The translations under genes were made by a program, and so were the position numbers. Source: Patescibacteria group bacterium (GTDB lineage Bacteria; Patescibacteriota; Patescibacteriia; Buchananbacterales; UBA6539). Taken from it: 64,000 nucleotides of DNA. This document shows, one piece after another, positions 9,757 through 17,286 of this stretch. The notes under the pieces are model-generated. The model searched no databases and had not been told where the DNA came from. It worked only from the letters and a program-made list of their open reading frames with translations. The stretch spans positions 51,572-115,571 of the forward strand of contig JBAZSB010000001.1 in NCBI GenBank assembly GCA_041662625.1, written 5' to 3'. The stretch's first letter is position 1. Each line of letters begins with the position of its first letter.

Positions 9757-10914
9757 ATGCCCAAGACTAGCTACATTTTACCCAAATCTTATCGTCAGCT
9801 CGGTTTAGGTTTCTTTGTTTTATCGCTGTTAATTTTTGTTTTTACCGGCTATTTAATTTGGGCTAAAGTGACAATTATTATTTATCCTAATACCGAAGAG
9901 TTGAGCCAGGAATTTTTGTTTGAAGTCAAAGATCCGGGTGGTCTGACTTCTTTAGTTGAAAAAGATGTAGTCGGTGGTAAATTAAAAACCATTGAAGTTG
10001 AAGACAGCGGCGTTTTTCAAGCCACTGGTTCCAAATCGCTTACTTCTGATGTGGTCGGTGAAGTTACAATCATCAATAACTATAGCAAAGAGCAGACCCT
10101 GGTAGCGACGACTCGCTTAGCAGCTTTTGAAAAACCTGATCAGATTTTAGTTAGACTTAAAAAAACCGTGACCGTGCAACCTGGCCAACAGATTAAAGTG
10201 CAAGTTTATCCCGATAAGCCGGAAAGTTTCAAAGGCCTTGAGCCGATGAAATTTGTTATTCCTGGTCTTTGGCAAGGAGTTCAAGATAAAATTTACGCAG
10301 AAAGTTCGGCTGCTTTGGGCCAAGGCGGTTATACGGTTTCAATTGTCAAGGAGGAAGATTTAGCGAAGGCCGAAAAAGAGCTGCAGGATAAACTTTCCCA
10401 AAAAGCCTTAGCTGAAGTCAATCAGCAGCTCGAGCCGTCTCAGGCTTTGTGGCCAAAACTAATTTCAACAAAAGTTAATGAAATAAGTTACGATGCCCAG
10501 GTGGGCGAAGAAACGGCCGAGTTTACCGCTAAAATGAAATTGGCCGTAACTTTGATTGCCTTTGATGAAAGCCAGCTAATCTCTTCGGCCCGGGAAAGAA
10601 TGAAAGAAACATTGCCGCTTGATAAGCAGCTAGTCAGCTTAGATCCTAAAAGTTTTTCTTATACCGTTGAAAGCTATAACCTAGAGGCTAATACTGCCAA
10701 AATTAAGGCTTCTTTTAAAGGCAGTTCGATGTTAACTAATACGGCCCAATTGTTTGATAAAAGTAAGTTGGTGGGCAAAACTACAGAAGAAATCCAGTCA
10801 TACTTCTCCCAGTTTCCTGAAATCAAATCAGTTGAAGTTAAGTTCCAGCCGAGTTGGTTGAAAAAAACACCTCGGTTTCAGGAAAAAATAAAAATTGAAG
10901 TTGGGGAAAATTAA
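9757..10914 (+). CDS. hypothetical membrane-anchored protein
   Basis: N-terminal TM helix then a soluble 350-aa region; no recognisable motifs. Confidence 0.45.
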   Translation: MPKTSYILPKSYRQLGLGFFVLSLLIFVFTGYLIWAKVTIIIYPNTEELSQEFLFEVKDPGGLTSLVEKDVVGGKLKTIEVEDSGVFQATGSKSLTSDVVGEVTIINNYSKEQTLVATTRLAAFEKPDQILVRLKKTVTVQPGQQIKVQVYPDKPESFKGLEPMKFVIPGLWQGVQDKIYAESSAALGQGGYTVSIVKEEDLAKAEKELQDKLSQKALAEVNQQLEPSQALWPKLISTKVNEISYDAQVGEETAEFTAKMKLAVTLIAFDESQLISSARERMKETLPLDKQLVSLDPKSFSYTVESYNLEANTAKIKASFKGSSMLTNTAQLFDKSKLVGKTTEEIQSYFSQFPEIKSVEVKFQPSWLKKTPRFQEKIKIEVGEN

Positions 10915-10924
10915 AATTTGACAC

Positions 10925-11200
10925 CATTTAATCTTAGTTTTATAATGAATCTACCTAAAGGTGATTGGCGAAAGTTACCAACTTCGCGCCCTGAGCTTGT
11001 CGCCTTTCAGTAAATTCAAGGCGACCTTGAGTGTACCGAAAGGTCGAAGGGCTTCCGTTGTCCGGAACTAAGCTTTTAGGCCAAGTTAATACCCGCCTTC
11101 GTCCTCGATTTCATCGAGACTACGGCGAGGTAAGAAATCGAGTATTTCCTGAGGTGGAATCTCTCTGACAGCAAGTCAGGGCCCCAGGCAGAAATTTTTC
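10925..11200 (+). ncRNA. candidate structured non-coding RNA region (identity unknown)
   Basis: About 270 nt without a credible ORF, more GC-rich than the flanks, with several nested stem-loops (e.g. gcgaaagtt...aacttcgc; tcaaggcgaccttga; ctcgatttcatcgag). Begins after a TATAAT at about 10941. Contains one copy of the paired element also seen at 32712-32792. Confidence 0.25.
10999..11051 (+). repeat. structured element copy A (gcctttc...tcaagg-cga-ccttga...gaaaggtcgaaggg)
   Basis: Homologous in sequence and predicted fold to 32712-32792. Shared blocks are 'cctttc', 'tcaaggNgNccttgagt' and 'cgaaaggNcNaagg'; the apical loop differs (cga vs tgg). Confidence 0.4.
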
Positions 11201-11316
11201 TGGCTGGTATTTTTAATAAATTTTTAATTTCCAATTTTAAATTTTGAATCAATTTTGAATATTAGAATATTATAATATTGAATCAAAATTAGAGTTTAAA
11301 AATTCAAAATTATTTT

Positions 11317-11901
11317 ATGTCCCGATTAGTTATTAAAGGCAAAAAAGTAATTCTGCGGCCGCTGTCGCTCAAAGATGCGGGCCGGTTTTGCCAATGGTTT
11401 AGTGACCGGGAAGTGACAAAATTTTTAAGCATGTATGACCAGGCGCCAATAAGCATCAAAGAAGAAATGGAGTGGATAAGGAAATCTTATCGTGATAAGA
11501 GTAATTTTCGTCTGGCCATAGATACAATCGATGGCAGGCATATTGGCACTGTCAGTTTAAGTAGTATTGATGATTTTAATAAAAATGCGGAATACGGGAT
11601 ATTCATCGGAGATAAGAGATACTGGGGCCAAGGATACGGCACCGAAGCAGGAAAACTAATAGTTGACTACGGATTTAAAAAGTTAAAACTGCATCGGATT
11701 TACCTTCGTTATCTTGCTTATAATATCCGCGGCCTAAAATCATACCGGAAGGTTGGCTTTAAATCAGAAGGCAGAAAGCGCCAACATATCTTCCGCGACG
11801 GCTATTGGCACGATGAAATGCTGATGGGGATTTTAAGAGAAGAATTTTTAAAAAATCTAAAATCTCAAAAATCAAATCTCAGAACTGCAGCTAAAAAATA
11901 A
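11317..11901 (+). CDS. GNAT family N-acetyltransferase (RimJ/RimL-like)
   Basis: Acetyl-CoA binding motif WGQGYGTEA and GNAT beta-strand pattern; tandem paralog of the next gene. Confidence 0.75.
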   Translation: MSRLVIKGKKVILRPLSLKDAGRFCQWFSDREVTKFLSMYDQAPISIKEEMEWIRKSYRDKSNFRLAIDTIDGRHIGTVSLSSIDDFNKNAEYGIFIGDKRYWGQGYGTEAGKLIVDYGFKKLKLHRIYLRYLAYNIRGLKSYRKVGFKSEGRKRQHIFRDGYWHDEMLMGILREEFLKNLKSQKSNLRTAAKK

Positions 11902-11925
11902 AAGCTTTTAACTTGAAAGTATAAT

Positions 11926-12468
11926 ATGATTGCGCCAATTTTAAAAGGCAATAGAATAATCTTAAAGCCGATTGCGTCAAAGCATGCGGCGGTAAGATAT
12001 AGATGGTATACAGACCCCAAGGTTGCTGAATATCAGGACTTTTTGGACGTTTCGCTTAAAAAATTAAGGAACAGTATAATTAAAAGACGAAGAAGCAAAG
12101 ATTATTTTGGTTGGATGATATCTATCAAGCATAATAGGTTGATTGGTGAAATTCAGTTAAAAAGAATTAATTTTAATGATAAAGTAGGTGAACTGGCAAT
12201 TAATATCGGAGAAACAGAATTTTGGGGTCAGGGTTATGCTTCTGAGGCTATAAAGTTAGTTTCTAAATTCTTTTTCAACAGATTGAAATTGAATAGAATT
12301 GAGCTTGATGTATTTTCTAAAAATATTGGTGCAATCAAATGCTATCAAAAATGTGGTTTTGAGAAGGAGGGAGTTAAGAGAAAAGCGTGTTTTAAAAATG
12401 GAAAGTTTTATGATTTGATTTTGATGGGAATTTTAAGAGAGGAATGGCAAAAGAAGAATAAAAGTTAG
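11926..12468 (+). CDS. GNAT family N-acetyltransferase (tandem paralog)
   Basis: WGQGYASEA motif, collinear with the previous ORF (ILKPI..KHA.. vs ILRPLSLKDA..; ...LMGILREE both). Confidence 0.75.
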   Translation: MIAPILKGNRIILKPIASKHAAVRYRWYTDPKVAEYQDFLDVSLKKLRNSIIKRRRSKDYFGWMISIKHNRLIGEIQLKRINFNDKVGELAINIGETEFWGQGYASEAIKLVSKFFFNRLKLNRIELDVFSKNIGAIKCYQKCGFEKEGVKRKACFKNGKFYDLILMGILREEWQKKNKS

Positions 12469-12469
12469 G

Positions 12470-12512
12470 AATTTAGGCTCTAGGTGCCTAGTGCCTAAAT
12501 TCTTGATTCTTA
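12470..12512 (+). terminator. nested hairpin terminator after the GNAT pair
   Basis: aatttaggc-t-ctagg-tg-cctag-t-gcctaaatt is a perfect inverted repeat, followed by a T-rich tract. Confidence 0.45.
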
Positions 12513-12523
12513 ATTCTAAAAAT

Positions 12524-14293
12524 ATGTCCAAAGAAAAAAAATCAGATGATAAGTTGGGAGCCATGCGCCATTCAATATCACACTTGATGAGTATGGCGGT
12601 CCAGGAATTATATCCGCAATTAGGCCTCGGTGTCGGGCCGTCGATTGAAGATGGTTTTTATCAGGATTATGATTTGCCGGAACCGATTACACCGGAATTA
12701 TTGCCGAAACTGGAAAAGCGGATGCGAGAATTAATTAAAGAAAACATCAAGTTTGAACAGCATGATGTGGATTTTAAAGAAGCTTATAAGTTTTATAAAC
12801 ATGATCCTTATAAGACTTGGTTTATTGATGATCTGAAAGCTCGCGGAGAGAAAATAGTCAGTTTTTACAAATCCGGTTGGTTCGATAATCTCTGCGCCGG
12901 TCCGCACGTCAAATCCACCAAAGAAATCAACCCCGATGCTCTCAAACTGACTAAAATTGCTGGTGCTTACTGGCGCGGCGATGAAAAAAATAAAATGCTG
13001 CAGCGAATTTACGGCGTGGCATTCGCTACTGAAACGGAATTAAAGCAGCATCTTGATTTATTGGAAGAAGCCAAAAAAAGAGATCACCGAATTATCGGCA
13101 AAGATTTGGACTTGTTTGTTTTTTCCGATATAGTCGGGAAAGGCCTGCCGTTATTTACCGAAAAAGGCTCAATCATCAGGCGTGAGCTTGAAAGATTTAT
13201 TGTTGATGAGGAAATCAAGCGTGGCTATCAACACGTTTACACCCCGGATTTAGCTAAAGTGGAACTTTACAAAAAATCCGGTCATTATCCCTATTACAAA
13301 GATTCCATGTATCCGGTAATGAAGATTGATGAAGAAGAATTAATATTAAGGCCGATGACCTGTCCGCATCACTTTCAGTTGTACTTAAGCAAGCCGCATA
13401 CTTATAAAGAATTACCGATAAGAATTGCCGAACTAGCCAAACAATTTCGCTATGAAAAATCCGGAGAACTAAGCGGATTGATGAGAGTCCGGGCTTTCTG
13501 TTTGGCTGACTCGCACATCGTTTGCCGGAAAGATCAGGCCGAAAGCGAAATCAATAACGTTTTAGATTTGATAGAATATGTTGCTTCGGTGATGGGATTA
13601 CAAAAAGGCGAAAATTTTCGTTATCGCCTTTCTTTGGGTGATCGAAAGGATGAAAAGAAATATTATAAAGATGATCGGGCCTGGAAGTTTGCCGAGGATG
13701 TTTTAAGAGAAGTTTTACAAAAACGAAAAGCGCCATTCTTTGAGGCCGAAGGGGAGGCAGCTTTTTATGGCCCAAAAATTGACATCCAAATGAAAAATTT
13801 TGCCGGTAAAGAAGACACCGCTTTTACAGTTCAATACGATTTTGTCATGCCTAAACGGTTTGAACTTAATTATATTGATGAGAAAGGGAAAAAGCAGGAG
13901 GCAATAGTAATTCATCGTTCTTCCATTGGTGCGATTGAAAGAGTAATGGCATTTTTGATTGAACATCATGCCGGCGCTTTTCCGGTTTGGCTTTCGCCGG
14001 TCCAGGTCCAGATAATTTCTGTTACATCCGATCATATTAGCGCCGCCAAAGATCTGGCTGCAGAATTAAGAAATGCCGGCATTCGGGTATTTGTTGATGA
14101 TATGAATGAAACAGTCGGTTATAAAATCAGAAAAAGTGAGAAAGCTAAAATTCCCTATACTTTAGTGTTTGGTGAAAAGGAAGCCAAAAGTAATGATTTA
14201 AGTGTGAGGGTTCGCGGCCAAAAAGAGATGGAAATTATGAGCCGGAAAAAATTTATTGAAAAGGTAATTAAAGAAATTGCTGATAAAAAATAA
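12524..14293 (+). CDS. thrS: threonine--tRNA ligase (lacks the N-terminal TGS domain, retains the editing domain)
   Basis: RHSISHLM editing-domain motif near the N-terminus; class II catalytic core; C-terminal anticodon-binding domain. ATG at 12524 (MSKEKK). Confidence 0.9.
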   Translation: MSKEKKSDDKLGAMRHSISHLMSMAVQELYPQLGLGVGPSIEDGFYQDYDLPEPITPELLPKLEKRMRELIKENIKFEQHDVDFKEAYKFYKHDPYKTWFIDDLKARGEKIVSFYKSGWFDNLCAGPHVKSTKEINPDALKLTKIAGAYWRGDEKNKMLQRIYGVAFATETELKQHLDLLEEAKKRDHRIIGKDLDLFVFSDIVGKGLPLFTEKGSIIRRELERFIVDEEIKRGYQHVYTPDLAKVELYKKSGHYPYYKDSMYPVMKIDEEELILRPMTCPHHFQLYLSKPHTYKELPIRIAELAKQFRYEKSGELSGLMRVRAFCLADSHIVCRKDQAESEINNVLDLIEYVASVMGLQKGENFRYRLSLGDRKDEKKYYKDDRAWKFAEDVLREVLQKRKAPFFEAEGEAAFYGPKIDIQMKNFAGKEDTAFTVQYDFVMPKRFELNYIDEKGKKQEAIVIHRSSIGAIERVMAFLIEHHAGAFPVWLSPVQVQIISVTSDHISAAKDLAAELRNAGIRVFVDDMNETVGYKIRKSEKAKIPYTLVFGEKEAKSNDLSVRVRGQKEMEIMSRKKFIEKVIKEIADKK

Positions 14294-14309
14294 TTCTTCC
14301 AAAAAGATT

Positions 14310-14347
14310 GAAGCCCGGCAGTTTGCGTCTGCAAACCGCCGGGCTTC
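14310..14347. terminator. bidirectional rho-independent terminator between convergent thrS and a lipoprotein gene
   Basis: gaagcccggcagtttgc / gcaaaccgccgggcttc is a 17-bp stem with one mismatch, a gtct loop, and A/T runs on both sides. Confidence 0.6.
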
Positions 14348-14354
14348 GTGTAAC

Positions 14355-14834
14355 TCACTCTGGTGGGTTCTTGGGATCGCTGCCGTCGGCAGCGAACATG
14401 AAGTCGCCAAGCAGTGACACCTCAGCGATCTTCACTTCATCCGAACCAATTGTCCAGAGCTCGAAGATCAAAGTCTCCCTGGGTTTTGTCTTCAGCGGCT
14501 CAATGAGCCAGTTAGTCCAGACGATTCCGTCTTCGTCCAGATAACCGACTGCCACACTTGGCAGTGTTTCATTGCCGTGACGACACCCAAGGATGAACCC
14601 TTGGTCCCGGTTCGGATATTGACACCGAACATAGAAGGGAACGCCCTTCAGCTCGGTGGCATTCAGGGTAGTCACCCTGAAGCGGTGGACCAGAACCGAT
14701 TGGTTGGCCGAAACCCGAATGGGTGCGGGTTTTGCCGTCGGCCAGACGGGGTGGATGGTCTTTTGCCGGTTGGTGGCACAGCCACCAAAGACCATTGCCA
14801 ATAACATTACTACCAGTACCATGTACTTCCGCAT
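14355..14834 (-). CDS. hypothetical lipoprotein in a GC-rich islet
   Basis: Signal peptide with lipobox (..VFGGC); SD aaaggag 7 nt upstream; GC content visibly above backbone. Confidence 0.5.
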   Translation of the reverse strand: MRKYMVLVVMLLAMVFGGCATNRQKTIHPVWPTAKPAPIRVSANQSVLVHRFRVTTLNATELKGVPFYVRCQYPNRDQGFILGCRHGNETLPSVAVGYLDEDGIVWTNWLIEPLKTKPRETLIFELWTIGSDEVKIAEVSLLGDFMFAADGSDPKNPPE

Positions 14835-14977
14835 TGCTTGCTCCTTTCGCTTCCATGTTTTCAGACAAGTTGTTTACTGATTATAGACACTATATACTAG
14901 CATAGAATTTATTTATCGTCAATCGTTGAGCTTGAATAGTTAAGTCTTTTTTGCTATTTTTAAATAGTTATGACCCT

Positions 14978-15088
14978 GTAGTAGTCCCTCACTTTTTACA
15001 GCGAGAACAGCTAGGGGGTAAAAATTATCATAAAATTTTAATAGATAGTTATTTTTATCACTTTGTTATTAAAGTGAGGGATCACTAC
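14978..15088 (+). promoter_or_regulatory. 18-nt inverted repeat pair bracketing the miaB-miaA upstream region
   Basis: gtagtagtccctcacttt (14978-14995) and aaagtgagggatcactac (15071-15088) are near-perfect reverse complements, separated by 75 nt of AT-rich sequence. The second arm ends 5 nt before the ATG at 15094. Confidence 0.35.
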
Positions 15089-15093
15089 GGTGT

Positions 15094-17226
15094 ATGAAGT
15101 ACCAAATAATAACTTTTGGCTGTCAGTTTAATCAATCTGATGCCGAAAAAGTTGCCACGGTTTTAGAAAAATTAGGTTTGCAAAAAGCCTTAGGCGAATC
15201 TGAGGCTGATTTAATTATGGTTTTAGCTTGTTCAGTCCGCCAGTCAGCTATCGACCGGATTTATGGCTTAAAGCAAAAATTTGAAAAGATTAAAAAAAAT
15301 AAACCTCTAATTACAGTTTTATCCGGTTGTGTTTTGAAATCAGATTTACCGAATATGAAAGAAATTTTTGACATCATTTTTAATATTAAAGATTTAGCCG
15401 AATTACCGAAGATGCTCAAAGTTCAAAGTTCAAAGCTCAAAGCTCTGGGCTATTTTTCTGTTCAGCCAAGCTATAACTCAGCTTTTCAAGCCTCCGTGCC
15501 GATCCTGACTGGCTGTAATAATTTTTGTACTTATTGTGTAGTGCCTTATGTTCGGGGGCGGGAAGTTTCCAGAAAAATGACAGAAGTAATAAAAGAGTGC
15601 AAAGATTTAGTTAGCAATGGCTACAAAGAAATTATTTTACTTGGCCAAAATGTGAATAGTTATAAAGACGGCAAAGTTGATTTCTCCAAATTATTAAAAA
15701 AAGTTGATGAAATTCCGGGAGAATACTGGCTTTCATTTGCTACCAGCCATTCTAAAGATATGTCGGATAAATTAATTAAAGTGATGGCAGATGGTAAACA
15801 TATTCTCCCATATCTTCATTTACCAGTGCAGGCAGGGGATAATGAGATTTTGAAAAAAATGAACCGGCGCTATACGGTGGCTCATTATAAAAGTTTGATA
15901 AAAAAAGTCAGAAAGGCTGTGTCGGGCATTGCCATTTCCACTGACGTAATTGTCGGTTTCCCTGGTGAAACTAAAGCGCAATTTAATAATTCAGTTAAAC
16001 TTTTTCAGGAAATCAAATTTGATATGGCTTATATTTCCCAATATTCACCGCGGGCCGGAACCGTGGCAGCTAAACTCAAAGATAATGTGCCAAAAGAAGA
16101 AAAAAAACGAAGAGACAAAGTTTTAACCAAGGTTTTGGCAAAGACCGCCTTGGAAAATAATAAAAAATTAGTCGGTAATCTGACTGAAGTATTAGTTGAT
16201 AGCTATAAAAACGGTTTTTGCTTTGGCCGGACTAAGGGGTTTAAAAATATTAAATTTGCTTCAGATATTGACTGGACCGGTCAGATTGTTCTGGTACAAG
16301 TAAAGGATTGCTATCAGTGGGGTTTAAGCGGCGAGTTGCCAAAAGTTGTTGTTGTTTTAGGCACAACTTCAGCCGGCAAAACTAAACTGGCTGTAAAATT
16401 AGCCAAGAAATTTAATGGTGAAATCATTTCCGCTGATTCGCGGCAGGTTTACCAAGGTATGGATATCGGTACAGGTAAGGATTTAGCCGAGTATGGCAAA
16501 GTACCTTATCATTTGATTGACGTTGCCGATCCAAAAGCCCAGTTTACAGTAGCGAGGTGGCAAAAGTCAGCCTATGAAGCAATTAATGACATTTTAAAGC
16601 GAGGCAAACTGCCGATTGTCTGTGGCGGCACTGGCTTGTATATTTCTGCTCTAGTTGAAGGCTACAATTTGTCAGAGACCAGAGATCAGAGACCAGAGAT
16701 CAGAGACCGGTTAGATAATTTAAGCCTCAAACAGCTTTTAATCAAATTGAAGAAAGTTGATAGTAAAACTTTCGGAGTCATAGATAAAAAAAATCGGAGA
16801 CGAGTTCAGCGGGCTTTAGAAATTTATTACCAGAGCGGAATTCCCAAATCAGAGCAGCCAAAAAATCAAAAGCCGCCCTATGAATTTTTGCAGTTGGGTA
16901 TGACTTTCCCTAAGCCATTTTTGCACCAGCGGATCGACCAGCGATTAAAGCACCGTTTGGAAAAAGAAGGGATGATTGCTGAAATCAAACGTCTGCACCG
17001 TCAGGGCGTAAGCTGGCAGCGGCTGGATGATTTTGGCTTGGAATATCGTTTTGTCTCCAGATATTTAAAAAAAGAAATCAACCAAGAGGAAATGTTTAGC
17101 AGCTTAAGCAGAGCGATTAAAGATTTTGCCAAGCGCCAGATGACCTGGTTCAGACGTGATAAAAAAATACTTTGGCTTAAAAATTATAAACAGGCAGAAA
17201 TTCTAGTCAAAAAATTTATCAGGTAA
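15094..17226 (+). CDS. miaB-miaA: bifunctional tRNA A37 modification protein: MiaB methylthiotransferase (MTTase N-domain, radical SAM, TRAM) fused to MiaA tRNA dimethylallyltransferase
   Basis: N-terminus FGCQFNQSD (MTTase), radical SAM CNNFCTYC, TRAM at about aa 360-415. From about aa 417 a MiaA P-loop begins (VVVLGTTSAGKTKLAVKLA...ISADSRQVYQGMDIGTGK) and runs 290 aa in one open frame. Confidence 0.8.
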   Translation: MKYQIITFGCQFNQSDAEKVATVLEKLGLQKALGESEADLIMVLACSVRQSAIDRIYGLKQKFEKIKKNKPLITVLSGCVLKSDLPNMKEIFDIIFNIKDLAELPKMLKVQSSKLKALGYFSVQPSYNSAFQASVPILTGCNNFCTYCVVPYVRGREVSRKMTEVIKECKDLVSNGYKEIILLGQNVNSYKDGKVDFSKLLKKVDEIPGEYWLSFATSHSKDMSDKLIKVMADGKHILPYLHLPVQAGDNEILKKMNRRYTVAHYKSLIKKVRKAVSGIAISTDVIVGFPGETKAQFNNSVKLFQEIKFDMAYISQYSPRAGTVAAKLKDNVPKEEKKRRDKVLTKVLAKTALENNKKLVGNLTEVLVDSYKNGFCFGRTKGFKNIKFASDIDWTGQIVLVQVKDCYQWGLSGELPKVVVVLGTTSAGKTKLAVKLAKKFNGEIISADSRQVYQGMDIGTGKDLAEYGKVPYHLIDVADPKAQFTVARWQKSAYEAINDILKRGKLPIVCGGTGLYISALVEGYNLSETRDQRPEIRDRLDNLSLKQLLIKLKKVDSKTFGVIDKKNRRRVQRALEIYYQSGIPKSEQPKNQKPPYEFLQLGMTFPKPFLHQRIDQRLKHRLEKEGMIAEIKRLHRQGVSWQRLDDFGLEYRFVSRYLKKEINQEEMFSSLSRAIKDFAKRQMTWFRRDKKILWLKNYKQAEILVKKFIR

Positions 17227-17231
17227 TAAAA

Positions 17232-17275
17232 AATACTGTAATGGTCAATTATTGCACCGCTACAGTATTTTTAAA
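17232..17275. terminator. bidirectional terminator between convergent miaBA and gatB
   Basis: atactgta...tacagtat is a perfect 8-9 bp stem flanked by an A-run and a T-run. Confidence 0.5.
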
Positions 17276-17286
17276 TAAGAGTTGTT

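Noticed and set aside
10925-11200. Possible RNase P RNA, tmRNA or SRP RNA in the structured region upstream of the GNAT genes
   Set aside because: I could not find the RNase P conserved regions (GGAAAGUCCGGGCUCC, GGUAAGAGCGCACC, ACAGAANCCGGCUUA), a tRNA-like 3' end for tmRNA, or the SRP domain IV GGAA tetraloop context. Only weak partial resemblances exist, e.g. GAAAGGTCGAAGGGC. Part of the region is a repeated element with a second copy at 32712-32792. I kept it only as a generic ncRNA candidate.
16673-16708. CRISPR-like short repeats
   Set aside because: The only regularly spaced short repeats are in-frame coding tandem repeats (in the MiaA moiety and the SLGQQSLGQ repeat at about 36586-36615) and the intergenic heptad arrays. 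There are no repeat-spacer arrays or cas genes.
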